A stretch of 64,000 nt of DNA from Candidatus Hydrogenedentota bacterium (GTDB lineage Bacteria > Hydrogenedentota > Hydrogenedentia > Hydrogenedentales > SLHB01), in assembly GCA_045863335.1 (NCBI GenBank), contig BTVY01000007.1, positions 32,001 through 96,000 of the forward strand, written 5' to 3'. How positions within the stretch are numbered: position 1 is the stretch's first letter; each line of letters begins with the position of its first letter. The position numbers and the translations under genes were made by a program. Under the pieces are notes generated by a model. It was given only the letters and a program-made list of their open reading frames with translations. It did no database searches and had not been told where the DNA came from. Of this stretch, positions 8,657 to 18,060 are shown in pieces.

Positions 8657-9706
8657 ATGCTCGACTTGTATGAACAAATCGTCAACAGCCTGGGCAGCGG
8701 GGTCATCGCGCTGGACCCGGAAGGCCGGATCATCATGGCCAATCCGGCTGCCGCGGCCTACCTGGATGTCGATCCCTCGGTGCTCGCGCCGGGAACCGCT
8801 ATCACGGATGTCCCGAATGCCGGCCCCTTGGCTTCTGTCCTGCTCGAAGTCACGCAATCCGGCCAGCCATTGTCCCGGCATGAAGTCACCCTGGCCTTGC
8901 CCAATGGCACCGTGAAACAGATCGGCCTGAGCGCCTCGGTCCACACGGAAGAAGAGGCGCTCAACGGGATCATCGTGTTGTTTACCGACATGACCGAACG
9001 CGTGCGCCTCGAACGCTCGGCGGAACTCAACCGGCAACTGGCTGCGTTGGGCGAGTTGACGGCCGGCGTGGTCCACGAGTTGCGGAATCCCGTCAGCATC
9101 ATCAGCGGCATGGCCGAATTGCTCATCCGCAAACTGGAACCGGAAGACGAGCGAATGAATGCCGCACAAACCATCCTTCGCGAAACCGCCGACCTCGAAC
9201 GGCTCATTTCCCAGTTCCTGGGGTTTGCCCGCCCCTTCGAGTTGCAGCGAGGGAAATGTACGGCGGACGCGATCGTCGATCGCACGGTGCAATTGTGTAT
9301 TCGCCGTGCCGAGCAGAAGGGCGTATCGTTGGAAGGCCAGTCGCCCGCGAACATCCGCATCCATGCCGACCTCTACCGCGTGGCGCAGGCGCTCTCGAAC
9401 ATTGCGAACAACGCCATCGAAGCAGTCCCCGCGGGTGGTAGGGTGACGATCCGCGTATTGGTGGAGGAATCGGAAGTCGTGTTCGAAATCGAGGACAACG
9501 GCCCCGGTATCTCCCTCATGCCCGGCGAAGATGTTTTCCGGCCCTTCTTCACCAAGAAGGAAGGGGGAACCGGGCTTGGGCTGACCATCGCCCATCGCAT
9601 CATCGCCGCCCATGAGGGAACGGTGAAGTTCGACTCCGAAACGGTCGGCGGCGCGTGTTTCCAGGTACGGCTTCCGCGCGCGAACTCGGACCCGCCAGTT
9701 ACCTGA
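8657..9706 (+). CDS. Cytoplasmic PAS-domain sensor histidine kinase (NtrB-like)
   Basis: N-terminal PAS, H-box VHELRNP, N-box NNAIEA, DNGPG, FFTKKEGGTGLGL; no TM segment. Confidence 0.9.
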   Translation: MLDLYEQIVNSLGSGVIALDPEGRIIMANPAAAAYLDVDPSVLAPGTAITDVPNAGPLASVLLEVTQSGQPLSRHEVTLALPNGTVKQIGLSASVHTEEEALNGIIVLFTDMTERVRLERSAELNRQLAALGELTAGVVHELRNPVSIISGMAELLIRKLEPEDERMNAAQTILRETADLERLISQFLGFARPFELQRGKCTADAIVDRTVQLCIRRAEQKGVSLEGQSPANIRIHADLYRVAQALSNIANNAIEAVPAGGRVTIRVLVEESEVVFEIEDNGPGISLMPGEDVFRPFFTKKEGGTGLGLTIAHRIIAAHEGTVKFDSETVGGACFQVRLPRANSDPPVT

Positions 9707-10430
9707 CGGAGACCGCAAGGCCGCGCAGGATGTTCGGCAGCGCGGAAATGTCCGAGATCTTCAGGTCAGGTTCAAACTCGGGACCATCCTGAATCCGGTC
9801 GTGATACGTGCTGTCAACCAGGATGCCGGTCATGCCCACACCGTGGGCGCCCACGATATCGCGGTGGGGCTTATCGCCGACGTACCAGGCTTCTTCCGCG
9901 GGGACGTTCATGTCCTCCAGCGCTTGACGAAATATCGACGCATCGGGTTTGTTCATGCCAAACTCCGCGGAGAAAACCAAGGTGTCGAACAGGGGCAGGA
10001 TGCCGCCTTCCCGAAACAGGCGCCGGTGCTCTTCGGTGACCATGAGCGTATTCGAGACGAGACCGAGCCCGAACCCCATCGCGTGAAGCGCCTCCAGCGT
10101 TTGGCGCACAAACGGATAGAGCGGCCGCACCTCCCACTGCGCGATAACCCGGTACCAGAATTCGATGTTGTCTTCCGTGGGCTCGATTCCGGCCTTGGGA
10201 AGCCACTCGCTGATAATTGGGCGGGGGTCCAGGGCCGGCCGGGGCGACGGCAAAGCCTCGAAGGCGTGAATCAACGCCACGGACATGCCGATAAACCAAT
10301 CTTCGGTACCGGGCGATGGGATGCCGTCCGGAAACGATTTCCGATACCCGCTGGGATCCCACATATCGGCCGATTCGAGCAAGACGCCCCCCATGTCAAA
10401 AAGAATGGCGGAGGGTTTTTGTAAATCCAT
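9699..10430 (-). CDS. HAD-superfamily hydrolase
   Basis: Motif I FDMGGVLL, motif II VSN, KPDASIF, VGDKPHRDI. Confidence 0.88.
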   Translation of the reverse strand: MDLQKPSAILFDMGGVLLESADMWDPSGYRKSFPDGIPSPGTEDWFIGMSVALIHAFEALPSPRPALDPRPIISEWLPKAGIEPTEDNIEFWYRVIAQWEVRPLYPFVRQTLEALHAMGFGLGLVSNTLMVTEEHRRLFREGGILPLFDTLVFSAEFGMNKPDASIFRQALEDMNVPAEEAWYVGDKPHRDIVGAHGVGMTGILVDSTYHDRIQDGPEFEPDLKISDISALPNILRGLAVSVR

Positions 10431-10590
10431 GGGAAATCCTTCCAGTACGTTAGGGTTCGCGCGGAGGAACGGTCTTGTCCCCGATTGCCGGCCGGCAACT
10501 CGTCGATCGAATTGTACCGGACGAGGAAAAACTGTTGACCCCGGCGCGGGAGTCGGCTATTGTATAGGCAAGCATTGTGGGGTGCAAAGT

Positions 10591-10920
10591 ATGAAAACTG
10601 GATTGCGGATAGTTGCGGGCGTGTGTGTCGCCGCGTCCTTCGTCCTTCTGCCGGGCTGCGGCACGCTGGGATCCGTTGCGGATCTTGCAAATTCGGTCGT
10701 CAATACGGCCGCCAATACTGCCGTCAAAGCCGTCAGCCCAAGCACCTACACCGGCAAGTCCAACGAGACCTACAACTCGCGCGAACCGCTGAAACGGCGC
10801 CGCAACACCATGAGCAGCCGGGAAGGGTCGCGGTCCTGGGCGTCCAAGTCCAGCCATTCCTCCAGCAGCAACCCCGACGTGGGCATGCCGTACAAGTCCC
10901 GGAACTTCGACAAGCGCTAA
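10591..10920 (+). CDS. Hypothetical lipoprotein
   Basis: ATG at 10591; signal MKTGLRIVAGVCVAASFVLLPG-C with lipobox; Ser/Arg-rich tail. Confidence 0.65.
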   Translation: MKTGLRIVAGVCVAASFVLLPGCGTLGSVADLANSVVNTAANTAVKAVSPSTYTGKSNETYNSREPLKRRRNTMSSREGSRSWASKSSHSSSSNPDVGMPYKSRNFDKR

Positions 10921-10987
10921 GCGCGACGGTGGAACTTTCCTTGGCAACGTAGGGACCAAGTACCGTCTTCCGGCCTGCTTGGCGACT

Positions 10988-12007
10988 TCACCCCAATCCG
11001 TGGTGGCTGTTCTCCTTGACGATTTGCTCGTCGCTGACGATGGGAAATCTCGAAGGATAGCGGAGGTATGACACGTGCCCGTCCATGTACAGTACGTTTG
11101 ATCCTCCCGGTACGTGATTGAATGCCAGCCCCCCCGCTTCGTTGTCCGTGAACGCGCTGCTTCCGAAGGTGTCCCACATGATGGCGAGATTGCTTTCAGC
11201 GAACCCGGCGGCAGCGGGATTGTTGATATCGGTTATGTAGAATCGCTCTGCGCCCTGCCGAATGCGAACTACCGCGTCGGAACCAAAGGTGCCCGTAGCT
11301 ACCGGCGGAGCGGGCACCCACGGTGGCCACAGCGCCGTCTCCATGGGCAAGTCTTCCGTGTAATCTTTGACGCGCACCGTCGTGTGGCCCAGAATGGCCA
11401 CGTCTCCCATGATGGGATTGACGGACTTCGCTCCCCAGATTCCGTAGTACTCGGCCGTGTTGGTGGCGAGGTATCCTTTGTACATGTAGGAACGGGCAAG
11501 TTCCGCGCACAGGTAATAGTCGAATGAGACCAAGTCCTCGGCCTGCAGGGCATCGTCCTGCCATGCGTCAAATGCGATGGAGCCGGACGGCACACGGGGA
11601 CCGACACTCGCCCACCCGGGGTCGGCGCCTGAATCGGATGGACATTTCGCGATTGCGGAATCCGCGAGATAATCCGGAACGATACTTGCGCCGTGGGGTG
11701 ACTCAAAGAGCGGTGACGACCGTCCATCCGGCCGTACGCTGCCGTAGGGGGCCGGCGGCGGATAGTCGCCCTTGTTCTCGCCGGCGTACATGGCGAAGAT
11801 CGTGCCGAACTGTTTCAGATTGTTCTGGCACGAGGCACGCCGCGCCGATTCGCGGGCGCGCGCGAGCGCGGGCAGCAGAATGGCGGAAAGGATGCCGATA
11901 ATGGCGATAACAACCAGGAGTTCCACCAGGGTGAATCCCCGGGGTTCCGTCGTCGTTCGTACAGGTTTCAAATGATAAATGGAAACGTTCCTCATTAGGT
12001 TTGGCAT
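10988..12007 (-). CDS. DUF1559 family prepilin-type N-terminal cleavage/methylation protein with H-X9-DG motif
   Basis: [47 protein letters not shown], and C-terminal [16 protein letters not shown]. The start may be the TTG at 11971. Confidence 0.9.
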   Translation of the reverse strand: MPNLMRNVSIYHLKPVRTTTEPRGFTLVELLVVIAIIGILSAILLPALARARESARRASCQNNLKQFGTIFAMYAGENKGDYPPPAPYGSVRPDGRSSPLFESPHGASIVPDYLADSAIAKCPSDSGADPGWASVGPRVPSGSIAFDAWQDDALQAEDLVSFDYYLCAELARSYMYKGYLATNTAEYYGIWGAKSVNPIMGDVAILGHTTVRVKDYTEDLPMETALWPPWVPAPPVATGTFGSDAVVRIRQGAERFYITDINNPAAAGFAESNLAIMWDTFGSSAFTDNEAGGLAFNHVPGGSNVLYMDGHVSYLRYPSRFPIVSDEQIVKENSHHGLG

Positions 12008-12019
12008 GGCCGCAACGCT

Positions 12020-13495
12020 TCAGTCCGTGTCGGGGAGTGATGCGGAAAGCCAATCGACAACAGTCCGCAGCGCTTTGACTCGGGCGTAACGCTTGTCATT
12101 CGCTTCTATGATAATCCATGGCGCATGGGGTGTCGAGGTACGCTCGATCATGTCGGACACGGGATCCCAGTAATCCTCCCAGCGCTCGCGATTGCGCCAG
12201 TCCTCATCGGTTAGTTTCCACCGCTTATGCGGCAGCGTTTCCCGCTCTTTGAACCGGTTCAGTTGCTCGTCCTTAGAGATATGTAGATAGAACTTCACAA
12301 GGACCGCCCCGAATTCCACGAGTTGCTGCTCGAATTCGTTGATCTCGCGGTAGGCCCGCTCCCATTCGTGCGGTTTGGCGAACCCTTCCACGCGCTCGAC
12401 GAGGACGCGGCCATACCAGCTCCGGTCGAAGATGGTGAAGTGCCCCGCCTTCGGCAATGCCGACCAGAATCGCCAGAGATAATGCCGGCGCCGTTCCTCG
12501 CCCTGAGGCGCGCCGACGGGGACCACCTCGTACCCGCGCGGGTCAAGGCCCCGCGTCAGCCGGCGGATGTTGCCGCCCTTTCCGGAGGCGTCGGTTCCCT
12601 CGTAGACAATGATCACCGGCGTTCGCGCGAAGTAGCAGAGGTGCTGCAGGCGCCGCAACTCGGACTGAAGCCTTGGCAGCGCCTTGTCGTATTCCTTCCG
12701 TTCAATCTTGACCGCAAGGTCTACCCGATCCAGCGGGCTTGTCCGCCGGGGCGCCGCAATCACGGGCTGCGCCGTACCGCTTTCACCTCCCGCGAGCGCC
12801 GCCTTGAGCGCGGCATGCAACGTTTCCGCGACCATGACTTCGGCGAAATTCTCGTCCGTCGCGGGAACGATGGTCCACGGCGCGTACGAGGTCGATGTTT
12901 CGCGCAGCATGTCCTCGACGGCCTGCTCGTAGTCCGAGTATTTCTTGTGCCGTTTGCGTTCCGCTTTACCGACCTTCCACGCGAAGGCGGGATCCTTGGC
13001 AATCCGCTTAAACCGTTTCGCCTGTTCCTTCTTGGAAATGTGGAAGAAGAACTTGACGACGACCGCACCATCGTCCTGCAATTGCCGCTCAAAAGTCCGG
13101 ATACGTTCGTAGGCCTGGTGCAGCCCCGCGCCATTCACGTCGCCCTCGACGCGCTCGTTGAGCACCTGCCGGTACCAGCTATGGTTGTAGATGGCAATGG
13201 TGCCGCGCGCCGGCGCGGTGAGCCAGAACCGGCACAAAGCGGGATACATGCGTTCTTCGAGGGTCGGTTCCTTGATGTTGTGCACTTTATAGCCGCGCGG
13301 GTCCAGGGGTTGCAGCAACCGGTTCAGTACAGACCCTTTCCCCGCCGCGTCCCACCCCTCAAAGACGACAAGCACCGGGCAGCCGTCCGGCTGCAAGTCC
13401 CGCTGTAACTGGGACAACTCGAGGTCCAGCCGATCGAGCGCTTCTTTCGCGTCTTTTTTAGACAAGCGGGCGTCGAGGTCTGCGGTTTCCAACAT
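12020..13495 (-). CDS. pap: Polyphosphate:AMP phosphotransferase (two-domain PPK2)
   Basis: Two PPK2 domains (FEGWDAAGKG...LDPRG; YEGTDASGKGG...FDRSWYGRVLVERVEG); ATG at 13495 preceded by an AAGGAG RBS. Confidence 0.92.
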   Translation of the reverse strand: MLETADLDARLSKKDAKEALDRLDLELSQLQRDLQPDGCPVLVVFEGWDAAGKGSVLNRLLQPLDPRGYKVHNIKEPTLEERMYPALCRFWLTAPARGTIAIYNHSWYRQVLNERVEGDVNGAGLHQAYERIRTFERQLQDDGAVVVKFFFHISKKEQAKRFKRIAKDPAFAWKVGKAERKRHKKYSDYEQAVEDMLRETSTSYAPWTIVPATDENFAEVMVAETLHAALKAALAGGESGTAQPVIAAPRRTSPLDRVDLAVKIERKEYDKALPRLQSELRRLQHLCYFARTPVIIVYEGTDASGKGGNIRRLTRGLDPRGYEVVPVGAPQGEERRRHYLWRFWSALPKAGHFTIFDRSWYGRVLVERVEGFAKPHEWERAYREINEFEQQLVEFGAVLVKFYLHISKDEQLNRFKERETLPHKRWKLTDEDWRNRERWEDYWDPVSDMIERTSTPHAPWIIIEANDKRYARVKALRTVVDWLSASLPDTD

Positions 13496-13556
13496 CGCGG
13501 CAACTCCTTGTACTGCAAGATTACGGGCGGGACCGGTCGAGATACAACGGCATTGC

Positions 13557-14156
13557 TTAGTCCTTGAGTAATTCGGGATGGTACTTCGCAGTGCACTCCG
13601 GACACATGCCGTGGCTGAATTCCGCGTTGGAGTGTTCGGCGACGTACTCCTCGATGCGCTGCCAAGACGCATCATCGGACTGGATTCGCCGGCAGTACAT
13701 GCAGATGGGAAGAATCCCTTGTAGCGTCTTGATGTGGTCCATTGCGCCTTGAAGCTCACGAAGCCTCCGCGCTCCTTCCAGTTCGAGTGCGACGATCCGC
13801 TCGCCAGCCCCCACCCGGGCCTTGAGTTCGTCGCGGTCGAAGGGCTTCACGATGTAGTCGTCCGCGCCGGCATTCAGCCCAAAGGCGATATCGGCTTTGT
13901 TTGCGCGCGCGGTCACCAGGATGATGTAGGGAAGCGTGTCTTTCCGGTTTTGGCGCACGCGGCGACACACCTCGACCCCGTCGATACCGGGCATCATCCA
14001 GTCCAAAAGGGCCAGCGGCGGACTATCCGCTTCGAGCAGGATCTCGAGGGCGCGTTCACCGTTGTTCACGACCTGCACATGGTATCCCCATTTCTCCAGT
14101 ACGGCCTCAAGCATCCGGCGCGAAGTGACGTCGTCTTCTGCTATCAGGATTTCCAT
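13557..14156 (-). CDS. Response regulator with a C-terminal Cys/His-rich domain
   Basis: REC domain (IAEDD, LLDWMMP, DDYIVKPF), coiled coil, then LPICMYC...FSHGMCPEC. Confidence 0.9.
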   Translation of the reverse strand: MEILIAEDDVTSRRMLEAVLEKWGYHVQVVNNGERALEILLEADSPPLALLDWMMPGIDGVEVCRRVRQNRKDTLPYIILVTARANKADIAFGLNAGADDYIVKPFDRDELKARVGAGERIVALELEGARRLRELQGAMDHIKTLQGILPICMYCRRIQSDDASWQRIEEYVAEHSNAEFSHGMCPECTAKYHPELLKD

Positions 14157-14207
14157 CGATTCTATCCTCGGGTACCTGGAGATCGGCCGTCCGCCCCGTC
14201 CCCCATC

Positions 14208-17200
14208 CTACGAAACAACGATGACCGACTTAAACTTCTGTAAGGCAAGCTCCACATCCTTGAGGGCGGCATCCACTAACTCCCAATCCTGCTTCGCGGC
14301 ACTCGCTTCGAGGGTACGAGCCGAATCTGCAATGTCTCCAGCCTCGACGTTCAGTGCGGAACCCTTTAACGTGTGCGCCAAGCGGCTGAGCGAGGTGGCG
14401 TCCCGCTGCGAAATCGCGCTCCGCATACGACCGAATTGCGCGTCGCAATCCGCCAGAAAGACCTGCACCAGTTCGTCGAACAATTCAGTGTCGTTGTCCA
14501 GCCGCGCCAACAGCGCTCGACGGTTGAACACGGGTTTTCGGCTCCCCTTGCCAGGTCGATCCTTTGGCATTTCGGGCACCGTAGTGCCGTCCCCAACGTA
14601 CCGTTCGATCATCTCGGCCAGCTCGCGGGGCTGTAACGGTTTGGCCAGATAGTCGTCCATGCCCGCGGCAATATACCGGTCGCGGTCCCCCTGCATGGCG
14701 TGCGCCGTAAGCGCGACGATTGGAATGCGCCGCTTGGCGCCGGACTCTCCCTGGCGAATGATCCGTGTGGCCTCAATCCCATCCATTTCCGGCATCTGGC
14801 CGTCCATTAGAATCAAGTCGTAGGGCAGGCGTTTAACGGCTGATACTGCTTCCATTCCGTTTGCGACCGCATCGGCGCGATAGCCGAGTTTTTCAATAAT
14901 CCGGAGCGCCACCTTCTGGTTGATGGGGTTGTCTTCGGCAACAAGAATCCGTTTCGTATATTTCTTGCGCTCGACGACGGAATGGCGGGTGATTAGCCGC
15001 TGCGGCTTCTCCGACTCGCCGCGGCGGCGAGTGCCCAGCGCCGCACGGAGGCAATCGTAGAGCTGGGAGCGTTTGACCGGTTTGGTGAGGTACGCCACAA
15101 ACCCCAGCTCGTGAAACCGGGACGCTTCGCCCCGGCGCGCGCTGGACGTGATCATGACCAGAACGGGGTCTCCCAACACGGCGTCCGCCCTGATGGCACT
15201 GGCAAGTTGCTGCCCATCCATCTCGGGCATAAGGGAGTCGATGAGGACGAGGTCAAATGGCGTTCCAGCGCTGGCCCGCGCCCGAATCGCGTCGAGTGCG
15301 GAACGGCCATCCGCTACCACCTCGCAATGACATCCCCATCGGTTCAACTGTTGAGACAAGACAGCCCGATTCGTCTGGTTGTCGTCAACAACAAGGATCC
15401 GCCGGCCCTCGATGGGCTCCAGGGGAAATTCTTCTTCGGTGTCTGCGCCGCGCTGGTGCTCCAACCTGCACGTAAACCAGAATGTCGACCCCTTTCCTTC
15501 TTCGCTCTCGACGCCGATTTCCCCTCCCATGAGGTTTGCAAGCTGCATCGATATGGCAAGTCCCAGCCCCGTGCCGCCATACCGGCGCGTGGTGGAGCTG
15601 TCGACTTGAGAGAAGGACTTAAACAAGCGGTCCATCCTATCCTTCGGAATCCCGATTCCCGTATCCGTCACGGCAAACCGGATTGTCGATAGGTGCTCGG
15701 ACTCCTGGTCGAGCGTCGCATGAATGATGACTTCGCCGTGCTCCGTGAACTTGATGGCGTTGGAAACCAGATTGATGAGGATCTGGCGGAGCCGTCCCGG
15801 ATCGCCTTTGACGCGCGACGGCACACCGGGCTCCACGAGCGACGCGATCTCCAGGCCTTTCTCCTGCGCCCGCACGGCAAGCAGGTCGAGGACTTCCTCA
15901 ATCGCGATACGCAGATCGAAGTCAATGACCTCCAGTTCGAGGCGCCCCGCTTCCACCTTGGAAAAGTCGAGAATATCATTGATGATGGCAAGGAGGGCAT
16001 TTGACGACTCGATAATGGTCTCCGCATGGTCGCGCTGTTCGTCATCCAACTCCGTGTCGAGCAACAGACCCGTCATGCCGATGACCCCATTCATGGGCGT
16101 ACGAATCTCATGGCTCATGTTGGCCAGGAATTCGCTCTTGGCGGCGTTCGCGACTTCCGCCTCGATGGCCATCTGATTCGCGCGGGCAATCGCTTCCTGC
16201 AGTTGTTCGTTCGTCCGTTCCGCTTCTTCCTTCGCTCGAACCAGCGCCGCTTCCGCGCTGACCCGATCGGTCACGTCCCGCCCGACCGACTGATACTCGA
16301 TTGGATGACGCGTATCGTCGAAAAACCCGCGGATCGTCCATTCGTACCATCGCGGATCATCTCCCGGTGCGGTGATCTTGCTCCGGTGCGTAACCATGGG
16401 ACTCTCCGGTGTGCGTTGCCGGATCAGGTCGGCGACCACCCCGTTTTCAGGTTCAGGAATGAGTTCCAGGAGATTTTGACCGACGAGTGTCTCGGGAGTC
16501 TTGCCCACGAGTTGGGCGAAGGCCCCGTTCACGTACCTGAGCGTTCCGTCCGGCGCGAATCGGTGCACGGCTTCCGTCTGGTCTTCGAGTACACCGCGCA
16601 ATCGCGCCTCACTCTCCTTGAGTGCCTGCTGTGCATGTTCGCGCTCGTGGACCTCCTCCTGAAGTTGCTTGGTACGCTCTAGCACGCGCGTTTCAAGTTC
16701 CGCATGCGCTTGCTGCAACGCTGCGTCGCGGCTTTGGATACGGTCCAACATCGCATTGAACTGGTCGATGAGATCGCCCATCTCGTCCTGCCCAAAGGTC
16801 TTGGCCCGAGTGGAGTAGTCTTTTCGTTCGGAAACGTGCTTTGCGACTGCACCCAGATGAAAAATCGGGTCGGTAATCAAGTACCGCCACCGCGATTGTA
16901 GCACCAGCGCTAGAATCAGTGCCGCTCCGATGGCGAGGGCGAACACGACGATGTCCCGCATGACGCGGGTCCAGAAGGAGTTTCGGTTGGCATGGAGCAC
17001 GAGGGTTCCCACCGGCGTGCCGTCACGCTCGATCGGTTTAACGACAATCATCTCTTTCCACGACAGGGACACCGCGCGCGCCGGAATGCCAGGATCCTCT
17101 TGGTGTTCCTGAACGGGTAGGCGATGCCAGTGCGTGAACAACTCGCCTTCCGCGCCGTAGATGAACGCCGTCTCGATCTCCTCCATGACGGTCATGGCCG

Positions 17201-17432
17201 ACATGATCGTCTCGGCTTCGCCGGCGGCATCAAACATCACGGCCGCCGCGCTATTCTCGGCGATAACCGAAGCGATGGCTCGGAGATCCTCGATTGTGGA
17301 GTTCCGAAACGACACCAGATCCACAGTGACAATTGTGGACGCAGCGAGCAACAATGCCGCGAGGCTCGGTAGCATCACCAGCAGCGTCAGCTTCTTGCCG
17401 ATGGAGAGATCGTTAAGCCGGAGCTTCTTCAC
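14208..17432 (-). CDS. Membrane hybrid sensor histidine kinase (periplasmic sensor-HAMP-PAS-HisKA-HATPase-REC-REC-HPt)
   Basis: Two TM helices, HAMP ([14 protein letters not shown]), [22 protein letters not shown], two REC domains, HPt AHTLKGSA; GTG start with GGAGG RBS. Confidence 0.93.
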   Translation of the reverse strand: MKKLRLNDLSIGKKLTLLVMLPSLAALLLAASTIVTVDLVSFRNSTIEDLRAIASVIAENSAAAVMFDAAGEAETIMSAMTVMEEIETAFIYGAEGELFTHWHRLPVQEHQEDPGIPARAVSLSWKEMIVVKPIERDGTPVGTLVLHANRNSFWTRVMRDIVVFALAIGAALILALVLQSRWRYLITDPIFHLGAVAKHVSERKDYSTRAKTFGQDEMGDLIDQFNAMLDRIQSRDAALQQAHAELETRVLERTKQLQEEVHEREHAQQALKESEARLRGVLEDQTEAVHRFAPDGTLRYVNGAFAQLVGKTPETLVGQNLLELIPEPENGVVADLIRQRTPESPMVTHRSKITAPGDDPRWYEWTIRGFFDDTRHPIEYQSVGRDVTDRVSAEAALVRAKEEAERTNEQLQEAIARANQMAIEAEVANAAKSEFLANMSHEIRTPMNGVIGMTGLLLDTELDDEQRDHAETIIESSNALLAIINDILDFSKVEAGRLELEVIDFDLRIAIEEVLDLLAVRAQEKGLEIASLVEPGVPSRVKGDPGRLRQILINLVSNAIKFTEHGEVIIHATLDQESEHLSTIRFAVTDTGIGIPKDRMDRLFKSFSQVDSSTTRRYGGTGLGLAISMQLANLMGGEIGVESEEGKGSTFWFTCRLEHQRGADTEEEFPLEPIEGRRILVVDDNQTNRAVLSQQLNRWGCHCEVVADGRSALDAIRARASAGTPFDLVLIDSLMPEMDGQQLASAIRADAVLGDPVLVMITSSARRGEASRFHELGFVAYLTKPVKRSQLYDCLRAALGTRRRGESEKPQRLITRHSVVERKKYTKRILVAEDNPINQKVALRIIEKLGYRADAVANGMEAVSAVKRLPYDLILMDGQMPEMDGIEATRIIRQGESGAKRRIPIVALTAHAMQGDRDRYIAAGMDDYLAKPLQPRELAEMIERYVGDGTTVPEMPKDRPGKGSRKPVFNRRALLARLDNDTELFDELVQVFLADCDAQFGRMRSAISQRDATSLSRLAHTLKGSALNVEAGDIADSARTLEASAAKQDWELVDAALKDVELALQKFKSVIVVS

Positions 17433-18060
17433 GGTCCTCCTCCCCATCTTCCTCGGATTCGATAAGGTGTGCCAGGCTCAAGAGCTGGGAGCTAATGCGA
17501 ATGTTCGCCCGCTGGGCGGATTTCGCATTGATCTCAAACCGGATCTTGCCTTCCCGTTCGACAAAATTAATGATGCCGCCGCGTTTCGCGAAGTCGGCAG
17601 AATCGCCGATCGTCAGGATATGTCGTTCGTGCAACTTCGTTGTCAGGGATTGAACGTCGGCGGGCACCGGCTGGGCGACGAACACCATATGACAGGCACT
17701 AAGTTCTTCGACGTCGTTCGACCGCCTGGCTTCGAGCGTTCGACCGCGAACCGACTTGCCTTCTATGGTGCGGTCCAGTGATGTTCCGAATGGATCCTCG
17801 CCCAGAATGCCGATTCGGATCGGCGTATCGTTCTCCGGAAAGGACTCCTCCGGCCACTCGACAAAACTGACGAATTTGAAAATGAATGCGGCCTTGACTT
17901 CGTATTCGGTCGGCGCCTCGTCCGTCGCACCCGAAACCGGTGTTTCGCTCGCGCCCAGAATGGCCACCAGGAAACCCAACGTCAGCCGAAGACATTGGCG
18001 TTGCGCAGCCACACGAGCCGCGCGACGAGCACGGGTCGCGTATTGCGTCAGAACCTCCAT
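17413..18060 (-). CDS. yfiR: YfiR/HmsC family periplasmic regulator (DUF4154)
   Basis: EYEVKAAFIFKFVSFVEWP, LGEDPFG, CHMVFV, LTIGD..F...GGIINF, RFEIN, ISSQLLSLA. Exact start uncertain. Confidence 0.88.
   Translation of the reverse strand: MEVLTQYATRARRAARVAAQRQCLRLTLGFLVAILGASETPVSGATDEAPTEYEVKAAFIFKFVSFVEWPEESFPENDTPIRIGILGEDPFGTSLDRTIEGKSVRGRTLEARRSNDVEELSACHMVFVAQPVPADVQSLTTKLHERHILTIGDSADFAKRGGIINFVEREGKIRFEINAKSAQRANIRISSQLLSLAHLIESEEDGEEDREEAPA

Noticed and set aside
13496-13759. N-terminal extension of the PPK2 ORF, and similar extensions at 23274, 35169, 38343, 46255, 46805, 52854 and 56380
   Set aside because: They overlap neighbouring genes or promoters; downstream starts match family N-termini, most with an RBS or stop-start overlap.
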